Assembly: GCA_039916425.1 (NCBI GenBank)
Contig: JBDSLK010000180.1
Span: 2,383 to 66,382 of the forward strand
Reading direction: 5' to 3'
Length of the DNA: 64,000 nt
Source of the DNA: Nocardioides sp.
GTDB taxonomy: Bacteria > Actinomycetota > Actinomycetes > Propionibacteriales > Nocardioidaceae
Shown here in pieces: positions 18,601 to 26,425 of this stretch. The notes under the pieces were generated by a model. The model did no database searches. It was not told the DNA's origin and was given only the letters and a program-made list of their open reading frames with translations. Every line of letters starts with the position of its first letter. Positions within the stretch are counted from its first letter, which is position 1. Made by a program: the position numbers and the translations under genes.

Positions 18601-18609
18601 CAGGGCTCC

Positions 18610-18642
18610 TGCTTCTCGGGTGCTTCTCGGGTGCTTCTCCGG
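18610..18642. repeat. 11-bp tandem direct repeat x3 in a divergent intergenic region
   Basis: TGCTTCTCGGG TGCTTCTCGGG TGCTTCTCCGG. Confidence 0.85.
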
Positions 18643-18688
18643 TCCCTGCGTTTGAACAATGACCGGGCGTTCCCGCACAGTTACCCGC

Positions 18689-19171
18689 ATGAGCGCCGGA
18701 GCAAACCCTCTCATCGGCCGACCGCACTGGACGCTGCGGGCGCGCAACGTCGCCATCGGCCTGCCCCTGCTGGCCATCGCAGTCGGCGTCCTGCTCAGGG
18801 GCAACCCGCTGGGCCTGCTGATCCTGCCGCTGAGCCTCTACACCCTCGCGGACCTGTGGCGGAAGGTGACCGTCACTGATGACCGGTTGGTGGCGCAGGG
18901 CCGGGTGGCCCGCCGGAGCGCCGAGCTCTCGCACCTCGTGGACGCCGGCGTCGGCCCGATGGCCCGAGCGTGGGTGGCGTGGCGTGACGACCGGGCGTTC
19001 TACCTGCCCATGCTCTCGGACATGAAGAACGAGCCCGGCAACCCGGACGCGTGGACGTTCGTCGACCTGCTCCGCGCCCGGGCCGAGGCCGCCGGCGCCA
19101 CAGTGGCGCCGCCCTCGCAGGAGGACACGAGTCCGGCGCCCCAGGACGCGGCGCCCTTCTTCGGCTCCTAG
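18689..19171 (+). CDS. Membrane protein with 2 TM helices and a possible bacterial PH-like domain
   Basis: Hydrophobic pair followed by KVTVTDDRLVAQG...RSAELSHLVDAGV. Confidence 0.65.
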   Translation: MSAGANPLIGRPHWTLRARNVAIGLPLLAIAVGVLLRGNPLGLLILPLSLYTLADLWRKVTVTDDRLVAQGRVARRSAELSHLVDAGVGPMARAWVAWRDDRAFYLPMLSDMKNEPGNPDAWTFVDLLRARAEAAGATVAPPSQEDTSPAPQDAAPFFGS

Positions 19172-19252
19172 CCCGGTGGCCGGCGACGCTGGTCGAGATC
19201 GTGCGACGACGCGATCGGTGGATCAAGACGGTGCAGACCGGCGCCGTGCTCG

Positions 19253-20149
19253 CTACGACCGGCCGGGTTCGGCGGTGTGGGTCGGGTCCGGCTGCGGTCG
19301 GGGTCGATGGAGCGCCGCGGCGGCCTCGTGAGCCGCGGCCTCCGCGCGACGAGCACTCGCCTCGGCCTCGGCCGCGACCCGGTGCGCCGTGGCGGCGCTG
19401 ACCTCGTCGAGGTCGCGAGCGGTCGTGGCGACCTCATTGCGCAACTCGACCTCCGCGTTCCGTGCGACCAACGCCACCTGCTCCGCGGCGGCGGTGACGT
19501 CCTGTGCCATCGTCGCCGCCGCCTCGACGGTGCCCTGTGACACGGCCTCGGCGGCCGCGCCAGCCACCGAGGCGACCTGCAGCGCCGCGAACGACGCCTC
19601 CGCTCCCTGACCAAGGGGAGAGGCGGCGACGATGAGGGCGGCCCGCTCCTCTGCCGCGGTCACCCGCGCGGCGGCAGCCTCGGCGCGTGCCCGGGCTGCG
19701 TCGGCTTGACGGGCCGAGTCGCCGGCGACCACCTGGGCCGCCCGCACCGTGGCCGCGGTCCGGGCGCTGCTGGCGCGTTCGGCCGTCTGCACCACCAGGG
19801 CCGCTGCCGCGGCCGCCGCGGTGGCGTTCACCAACACGGCGTCGGCGGCCGCCGACGCATCGATCCGAAGGGCGGTGGCGACCGCGTCAGTGACGACCGC
19901 AGTGGCTTCGGTCTCGACGTCCGGGTAGGGCCGGGAGTCGGTCGAGGCATCCGGAAGAACGACCTTCCCGTCGGACAGCAGGCACTCCACGTCGGACCTG
20001 AGGAACCGTCGGTGCCCGCCGGGAGTCCGGATCGAAGCGATCTTGCCGGCCCGTGCCCAACGGGTGACGGTCTTCGGGTCCACGTAGAGCAGGGCCGCGA
20101 CGGCGGCGGGCGTGAGGAACTCGTCTTCCGGTCCAGGCTGCCCGGGCAT
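19253..20149 (-). CDS. BldC-family (MerR-like wHTH) regulator fused to a long Ala-rich helical tail
   Basis: FLTPAAVAALLYVDPKTVTRWARAGKIASIRTPGGHRRFLRSDV is a close BldC signature. ATG at 20149. Confidence 0.85.
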   Translation of the reverse strand: MPGQPGPEDEFLTPAAVAALLYVDPKTVTRWARAGKIASIRTPGGHRRFLRSDVECLLSDGKVVLPDASTDSRPYPDVETEATAVVTDAVATALRIDASAAADAVLVNATAAAAAAALVVQTAERASSARTAATVRAAQVVAGDSARQADAARARAEAAAARVTAAEERAALIVAASPLGQGAEASFAALQVASVAGAAAEAVSQGTVEAAATMAQDVTAAAEQVALVARNAEVELRNEVATTARDLDEVSAATAHRVAAEAEASARRAEAAAHEAAAALHRPRPQPDPTHTAEPGRS

Positions 20150-20576
20150 TGGCAACCCCCCTCTGCAAGTCGGGGAGGAGCCCACAACCCGGGTCGTCGG
20201 CTCCCGAGTCTCCGAGCGCGAACTGGTCGCACCCTCCTCCAGGGTACGCCGAGTGGCGTCACGACGCAGGGTGAGAATCGTGGCCGCCGGGACGTGGTCC
20301 TTAGGAGGCCTGGTGTCGCGCGAATGCCCCGACTCCGTCCCCTTTCGTCCTCGGCAGTCCGATTTGGCCGTTCCCCCGCCAGCCACCCATCGGTAGCGTG
20401 CGAAGTGGAGATGTGGCCCGGGTCGGGGGGCCGGGCCGCGTCTCCGACGAAGAACCAGTTTGTCGGCCGCGAGCCCGGGCGCGCTGGTGCCCGAGCCCGT
20501 GGACTTCTCCTGGCTTCTCCACGAAACCTGGGCGGCCAGTGCGGGGTCGTTCATCTTCGTGTGCTCGACTTCCGTC

Positions 20577-20921
20577 GTGACGAGCAGCCGATTGACCGGG
20601 GTCGACGGGTCGGTCGAACTCACCCTCGAGGGACTGACCTTCTACCGCGCCAGCGCCCAGGCGGCCGATCGGGGGACCGGCCGGGTGCACCAGGTCGAGT
20701 GGTCGCGGATCGAGCAGGCCGAGCTCGCCGACTCCAGCAAGGGCAGACCCATGCTGAGGATCACGGTCGCGGACTCGGCCGCGCTGCGGGCCAAACGAGA
20801 CCCCCATGTCGTCCGGGTGAAGCGCAAGGCTCGCGAGGTGGCCCAGGAGTTCGCCGATCGCATCAACGATGAGGTCGGCGCCCGGCGCCGGTGGAAGAGC
20901 AGCCCCGGGTCATCGTTCTGA
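20577..20921 (+). CDS. Hypothetical PH-like (DUF4429-like) protein
   Basis: LTGVDGSVELT...VEWSRIEQAEL...MLRITV...DPHVVRV..FADRIN pattern. Start uncertain (20460 or 20577). Confidence 0.55.
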   Translation: MTSSRLTGVDGSVELTLEGLTFYRASAQAADRGTGRVHQVEWSRIEQAELADSSKGRPMLRITVADSAALRAKRDPHVVRVKRKAREVAQEFADRINDEVGARRRWKSSPGSSF

Positions 20922-20955
20922 CCCGGGACCGCACGTCACGACCGTCTCGGACCTG

Positions 20956-23184
20956 CTATCCGGTCACCCCGGAGCCGATCGCCGGGTTGTCGGTGAAGAA
21001 GCCGTCGATCCCCGCGCGCAGGAAGACCCGCAGCTCGCCCGCCAGGTCGCCGGGCGCGTTGGGGTCACTGCTGCTACGGAACTGCAGCGGAAGGAACTGG
21101 TTCTCGACGCGGAAGGTGTAGGGGTGGACGACCAACCCGGCACGATGGGCGTCGCCGATGACCTCCGTAGGCTGGAGCAAGCGCCCGTCCGTCGCGCGCG
21201 GGATCAGCTGGTCCTTGCAGGCGCCCAGGCCATCGGCGTACGTCGCCACCTCCTCGAGGCCCGCCCGCGTGACCAGGTCGGCGTACCGCCTCGGGTCGCC
21301 GGCGGCGACCAGGTCGTACGGCGCTCCGCTGCACCCGGTCAGCTGCACGAGCGGGAAGTCGGTGACCTCGTCGAGCTCGCGGAGGTTGCCGGTCTCGAAG
21401 CTCTGGAGGAAGACCGCGTCCTCATCGTCGTACCCGTTGGCCGCGAGCGTGGCCAACAGCGGCTCCTCGAGGGAGAGGCCCAGGCCGTCGAAGTACGTCG
21501 GGTGCTTGGTCTCGGGGTAGACCCCGACCGGGGCTCCGTCGCAGGTGTGGGAGTGCCGGGCGAGGTCGAGGACCTCGTCGAACGTCGGCACGGCGTAGAG
21601 TCCGTTGAACTGCGCGTTCTTGGGTCGGATGCCCGGGATCCGCTCGACCGCGCGGAGCGTCTTCAGCTCGGCGAGGGTGAAGTCCTCGGTGAACCAACCC
21701 GTGAGCGCGACGCCGTCGATGGTCTTGGTCGTCCGGCGGTCGGCGAACGCGGGTCGGCTGCCGACGTCGGTGGTGCCACCGATCTCGTTCTCGTGGCGGG
21801 CGACCAGCACGCCGTCCTTGGTGGAGACCAGGTCGGGCTCGATGTAGTCGGCACACGCCAGGATCGCCTGCTCGTAGGACGCCAGGGTGTGTTCGGGCCG
21901 GGTGCCGCTCGAGCCGCGGTGGCCGATGACCAGGGCGCCACCGGCGTCCGTAGCCGGGGCGCGAGGCAGGTCGAGCACGATCATCTCGGTGTCGTCCGGG
22001 GTGCCCGGCACCCGCGCGTCGTCGCCGGGGTAGTTGTTGTCGTTGGCGACCAGGATCCGACCGTCTCGCAGTCCGACCACCGTCTCGACCGAGACCATGG
22101 GGAACGAGAAGGGGTCGGCCACGCCGTAGGCGCCGGGTGACGTGGTGGTGCCGATGCCGGCGGGGTTGGCGATCCGGAGCAGGTCGACGACCAGGGTCTT
22201 CTCGACGAAGCCGTCGGCGTCGGCGTCGGCGAGGTCGATCTGGTAGAGGCGCTTGATGACGGCGGCCGGCCCGTCGAAGTTGTCGCGCTCGATGAGGATC
22301 AGCTTGTCGTGACGTACGGTGAACGCGTCACCGACGACGTTGGTGGCCTCGTCGACCTGGTACTGCCAGGTCCGCCCGGTGTAGGCGCGAGCACGGGTGT
22401 CGAACTCGTAGACGTAGCGACGCCGCCGGTCGGCATCGTCGAGGAAGGCGCCCTCCACGATCGGGTAGAGATAGCGCCGGTTGGGTGAGGCGGCCATCGC
22501 CTCGAACCCGCGGCTGGCGGGGACTCGCGGCTTCTCGGTGCCGAGGCCGGGGTTCTGCGGCGACTTGCCGCCGACGAACTCGATGGGAGCCTCGAGCACG
22601 CGGCCGTCGCTGCTCACGTGCACCAGGAAGGGCCCGAACTCCTCGCCGATCCAGAAGGTGCCGTCGCCGGCTCGCACCAGGGACTCGATGTCGAAGTCGG
22701 CGCCCGTGAGGAGCCGCTCGGGGGTCTGCTCGTTGACGAGCGGGAAGGGGACGCGGCGGTCGGGGTCGCGCAGCGAGATGAACCGCTCCACCTCGATGTC
22801 CCCGCTACCACCGTCGGCGGTCTCCCAGTCCGGCCGGACGAGGTAGAGCCTCAACAGGAAGTCGGCAGAGTTGCCCTTGGTGCCGAACCCGTTGTCGGGC
22901 TGGGCCCAGAACGTGCCGTCCTTGTTCTCCACCATGGCAGAGAAGCCCGGGACGACCTGGCCGGGAAACGGCCCGGTCCGGCCGTTGCCAGGTGAGGCCT
23001 GGGCGCCGGAGGGCGGTCCGGGGGCCAGGAAGTCCGCCGACAGCGAGGCGCGCGCGACGAGCGTGGGGGCGCTGGCGCGCCCGTGGTGGTCGGGCGGCGA
23101 GGCGGTCGCCGACGAGGGCACCGCGAGGGCGCCGCCGGCCAGTGCCAGGCCGAGCAGGGGGATGGTCCGATGAGGCGAGATCAT
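20956..23184 (-). CDS. Secreted fusion of an esterase-like phytase (beta-propeller) domain and a glycerophosphodiester phosphodiesterase
   Basis: Signal peptide. QPDNGFG, FDIESL, GEEFGP, SRGFEAM, LIERDN, NDNNYP (phytase-like). IGHRGSSG..PEHTL, YIEPD, VARHE, FFTD (GDPD). Confidence 0.9.
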   Translation of the reverse strand: MISPHRTIPLLGLALAGGALAVPSSATASPPDHHGRASAPTLVARASLSADFLAPGPPSGAQASPGNGRTGPFPGQVVPGFSAMVENKDGTFWAQPDNGFGTKGNSADFLLRLYLVRPDWETADGGSGDIEVERFISLRDPDRRVPFPLVNEQTPERLLTGADFDIESLVRAGDGTFWIGEEFGPFLVHVSSDGRVLEAPIEFVGGKSPQNPGLGTEKPRVPASRGFEAMAASPNRRYLYPIVEGAFLDDADRRRRYVYEFDTRARAYTGRTWQYQVDEATNVVGDAFTVRHDKLILIERDNFDGPAAVIKRLYQIDLADADADGFVEKTLVVDLLRIANPAGIGTTTSPGAYGVADPFSFPMVSVETVVGLRDGRILVANDNNYPGDDARVPGTPDDTEMIVLDLPRAPATDAGGALVIGHRGSSGTRPEHTLASYEQAILACADYIEPDLVSTKDGVLVARHENEIGGTTDVGSRPAFADRRTTKTIDGVALTGWFTEDFTLAELKTLRAVERIPGIRPKNAQFNGLYAVPTFDEVLDLARHSHTCDGAPVGVYPETKHPTYFDGLGLSLEEPLLATLAANGYDDEDAVFLQSFETGNLRELDEVTDFPLVQLTGCSGAPYDLVAAGDPRRYADLVTRAGLEEVATYADGLGACKDQLIPRATDGRLLQPTEVIGDAHRAGLVVHPYTFRVENQFLPLQFRSSSDPNAPGDLAGELRVFLRAGIDGFFTDNPAIGSGVTG

Positions 23185-23234
23185 GGCTCGACCTTGGCCA
23201 CCTCCGGCGACGCCTACCCGGCGCTTGTGCGACG

Positions 23235-23256
23235 CCCACGTGAGCGGTAGGCGAAC
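23235..23256 (-). promoter_or_regulatory. PHO-box-like pair upstream of the phytase-like/GDPD gene
   Basis: Minus strand GTTCGCCTACC GCTCACGTGGG, 11-nt spacing, about 50 bp upstream of the start. Confidence 0.5.
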
Positions 23257-23299
23257 GGACGTCGCTCAGCGCTGCCGCAGTGGCTCCATGCCGATCAGG

Positions 23300-24060
23300 G
23301 TGGTGCTCACCGCGAAGTTGCGGTTCCTGACGTAGGTGACGAACCGAGGTGAGGCCGGGTCGGTGACGTCGTACGCCGTCACGCCTCCCACGCGCCCGAC
23401 CGCGAGCGCACCTGGGCCCGGTGGAGGACGACGACTGCGACCGCATTGGCGCCTCCTGGATCGTCACGTAGGCCTTCTTGGAATGCTGGTCGACCGCGAG
23501 GTACTCGCAGGCTCGCGGCGACGGCGTCTGCCGACTCCACGACCGCGACGGATCCCGCGGGGGTGGACGGTGTAGTCCTCGGCCGGCTTGCCCGCGTCTG
23601 CCACCACGGCCCGGGTGCCGTCCGGGGTGATCGTCACCATGTCCGGCTGCGCGCCGACCCGGACCGCCCCGGAGGCGGACCCGTCTGCACCGGCGTCGAG
23701 GAAGACCAACCAGCCCTCGTCGGTCTTCGGGACCGACTCGACGCCCACGACACCAAGGCCGTCCTCCCGCACGGCGACCGAGTTGGCCACCGCCCCTACC
23801 GGGACCACGGAGCCGTCGGCCGACGACACCCCGACCGTCTGGAGGTCGAGGAGCTTCGTCGGGGCAGTCGCGTCCGCCACGTCGAGGACCACCAGGTGCT
23901 GGGCGTCGGCATAGTGCTCGACGACCTCCGCGCCGACGCGTCGAAGATGCCGGTCGAGCACATGGCCAGCGACAACAGGGCCGGCGGCAGCCAGCAAACC
24001 GCGGGTGGACAGTGGACGACCCGCCCGTGGCGGCGGCGCGGGTCCCGGTGGCAAGAGGGG
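23300..24060 (-). pseudogene. Fragmented choice-of-anchor I (alkaline-phosphatase-associated beta-propeller) gene
   Basis: Pieces in different frames: STGIFDAS/AEVVEHY; ANSVAVREDGLGVV...VRVGAQPDMVTITPDGTRAVVA; EP/EYLAVDQHSKKAYVTIQEA/NAVAVV; RVGGVTAYDVTDPASPRFVTYVRNRNF. Frameshifts and large internal deletions. Confidence 0.75.
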
Positions 24061-24117
24061 TACGTGGTGTGCCACGCAGGCACTGAGCCCGGATCGTTGG
24101 GCCAACCAGCGGTTTCT

Positions 24118-24161
24118 GTTCGCGTCCGGTTCACCCAGCCAGGCCTCCTCGTTCAGCGACG
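24118..24161 (+). promoter_or_regulatory. PHO box array upstream of pstC
   Basis: GTTCGCGTCCG GTTCACCCAGC (11-nt gap) GTTCAGCGACG. The second unit closely matches the Streptomyces GTTCAYYYRSG-type consensus. Confidence 0.75.
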
Positions 24162-24227
24162 ACCCCGAGTCTGAGCGCGTTCAACCGCCGATCTGCGTGC
24201 TCGGGACGCCCGCCAGGAAGCGACTCG

Positions 24228-25241
24228 TTGACCACTCTGCCCACCACCCCGCACGACGTCGGGGAGGCCGTTCCTCGCGCCGTCTCCCGCAAGGGGACCG
24301 GCGCCGATGCGGTGTTCGAGCACGGGGCCCGCGCCGTCGGTGCCTCGGTGCTCGTCATCACCGGCGGAGTGGGTCTGTTCCTCGCCTGGCAGGCCTACCC
24401 GACGCTGCAACGCTACGGCTGGAGCTTCTTCACCGAGTCGCAGTGGCAGCCCGACGAGGACGTCATCGGCATCGCTGCCGTGCTGACCGGCACCGTCTCG
24501 GTCGCGCTGGTTGCGATGGCTATCGCCTTCCCGCTGGCCCTCCTGACAGCCCTGTACATCAGCGAGTACGCACCGGCCCGTTCCAAGTCGACGCTGGTCT
24601 CCCTCGTGGACCTGATGGCCGCGATCCCCTCCATCGTCTACGGGCTCTGGGGCTTCTTCCTCGTGATGCCCTACGCGGCCGGCATGGCCCGCTGGCTCCA
24701 GCAGCACTTCGGCTGGATCCCGGTCTTCGCCGTCAACGACACCGACCCGAACGCTGCGGTGTGGGACACCAGTCGCTACGTCTCGAGCGCCTTCTGCGCC
24801 GGGATCGCGGTGGCGATGATGGTGATGCCGATGGCGTGCGCGGTCATGCGTCAGGTGTTCTCCCAGACCCCGGTCGGCGAGAAGGAGGCCGCGCTCGCAC
24901 TCGGGGCCACCCGCTGGGGCGTGGTGCGCTCGGTCGTGCTCCCGTTCGGGCGCGGCGGCATCATCGGCGGGACGATGCTCGGCCTGGGGCGGGCGCTGGG
25001 CGAGACGATCGCCGTGGTGCTCATCGTGTCGCCGGCCTTCGAGATCAAGCCGCGCATCCTGGAGATCGGGACGTCGACCGTGAGCTCGCTCATCGCCGGC
25101 CGCTTCGGCGAGGCGAGCGAGGCCCAGCTCTCGGCGCTGCTCGCGGCCGGCTTCGTGCTCTTCGTGATCACCCTCGCGGTCAACACCGTCGCCGCGGTCG
25201 TGGTCAACCGCAGCCGCTCCGGTGCCGGGACGGATGCCTGA
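24228..25241 (+). CDS. pstC: Phosphate ABC transporter permease PstC
   Basis: ALYISEYAP, DLMAAIPSIVYGLWG, EAALALGATRW, LGLGRALGETIAV. TTG start. Confidence 0.95.
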   Translation: MTTLPTTPHDVGEAVPRAVSRKGTGADAVFEHGARAVGASVLVITGGVGLFLAWQAYPTLQRYGWSFFTESQWQPDEDVIGIAAVLTGTVSVALVAMAIAFPLALLTALYISEYAPARSKSTLVSLVDLMAAIPSIVYGLWGFFLVMPYAAGMARWLQQHFGWIPVFAVNDTDPNAAVWDTSRYVSSAFCAGIAVAMMVMPMACAVMRQVFSQTPVGEKEAALALGATRWGVVRSVVLPFGRGGIIGGTMLGLGRALGETIAVVLIVSPAFEIKPRILEIGTSTVSSLIAGRFGEASEAQLSALLAAGFVLFVITLAVNTVAAVVVNRSRSGAGTDA

Positions 25242-26425
25242 TGACCACCACCGCAGAGACTGGGTCGGCTCGTCGGTCCGACGCACCCCTCGGCGGCACC
25301 TTCTTGCCGCAGTACGACGACGACGCACCCCCGGCGCTCCCGCGGGCGTCGCTGGGGCGGCCCAGCCCCGACGAGCGCTTCGCCCGGGTCGGGTCGTGGC
25401 TGGCCGCGTTCGCCCTCGCCTGGCTGGTGACCCAGCGGCTGCTGCCGCTCGCGGGCGTGCCGTGGTTGCTGGTGGCCTGGTTCGGCCTCGGCCTCGTGGT
25501 CACCGCCGTGACCGCCGGCATGACCGACGGGGTGACCGCGGTCAAGGATCGCGTGGCCGAGTCCTTGGTGACGGGGGCTGCCCTGCTGGTCGGCGCCGCC
25601 CTGGTGAGCACCCTGGTGTTCGTGGCGATCCGCGGCTGGCGGCCGCTGATGAACCTGAACTTCCTCACCGCCGACATGAGCGGGGTCGGGCCCAAGGACG
25701 GCTTCGTCACCGGCGGCATCCTGCACGCGATCACCGGTTCGCTCATCGAGCTCGGGATCGCCCTGGCCATCACCCTGCCGCTCGGCATCGGCACCGCGGT
25801 GTTCATGACCGAGGTCGGCGGGCGGTTCGCGCGGATCGTCCGCACCGTCGTCGAGGCAATGACCGCACTGCCCTCGATCGTGGCCGGACTCTTCATCTAC
25901 ACCGTGCTCATCGTCGCGCTGGGCTACCCGCGGTCGGGGTTGGCGGCGTCCCTGGCCATCGCGGTGATGATGCTGCCGATCATCGCCCGCGCCGCCGACG
26001 TCGTGCTCCGCGTCATCCCGAGCGGCCTTCGCGAGGCCAGCCTGGCCCTCGGCGCGAGTCGGTGGCGCACGGTGTGGCACGTCGTCCTGCCCACCGCGAG
26101 ACCCGGCCTCGCGACCGCGGTGATCCTCGGAGTGGCCCGGGGCGTCGGCGAGACCAGCCCCGTCCTGCTCACCAGTGGGGCTGCGGCCTTCCTGGTCACC
26201 GACCCGACCGACGGGGTGATGAACTCCCTGCCGCTGTTCATCTACTCCAACGTCCGCAGTGGCGAGCCCAACGCCATCGCCCGGGCCTTCGCGGCCGCAC
26301 TCGTGCTCGTCGCCCTCGTGCTCGCCCTCTTCGTCGCCGCCCGCCTGCTCGCGCGTCCGCGCAGCAACCGCCCGAGCCTGCACCACCGCCTACGCAGCGC
26401 CTACCCGTTCGGAGCCCACCGGTGA
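25241..26425 (+). CDS. pstA: Phosphate ABC transporter permease PstA with an extra N-terminal TM region
   Basis: GGILHAITGS, ALPSIVAGLF, REASLALGASRW, GVARGVGETSP. TGATG overlap with pstC. Confidence 0.95.
   Translation: MTTTAETGSARRSDAPLGGTFLPQYDDDAPPALPRASLGRPSPDERFARVGSWLAAFALAWLVTQRLLPLAGVPWLLVAWFGLGLVVTAVTAGMTDGVTAVKDRVAESLVTGAALLVGAALVSTLVFVAIRGWRPLMNLNFLTADMSGVGPKDGFVTGGILHAITGSLIELGIALAITLPLGIGTAVFMTEVGGRFARIVRTVVEAMTALPSIVAGLFIYTVLIVALGYPRSGLAASLAIAVMMLPIIARAADVVLRVIPSGLREASLALGASRWRTVWHVVLPTARPGLATAVILGVARGVGETSPVLLTSGAAAFLVTDPTDGVMNSLPLFIYSNVRSGEPNAIARAFAAALVLVALVLALFVAARLLARPRSNRPSLHHRLRSAYPFGAHR

Noticed and set aside
19990-20149. Phage/ICE excisionase marking a mobile element
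   Set aside because: The sequence matches BldC specifically (VDPKTVTRWA..GK...RT.GGHRR), and no integrase or att repeat is nearby.
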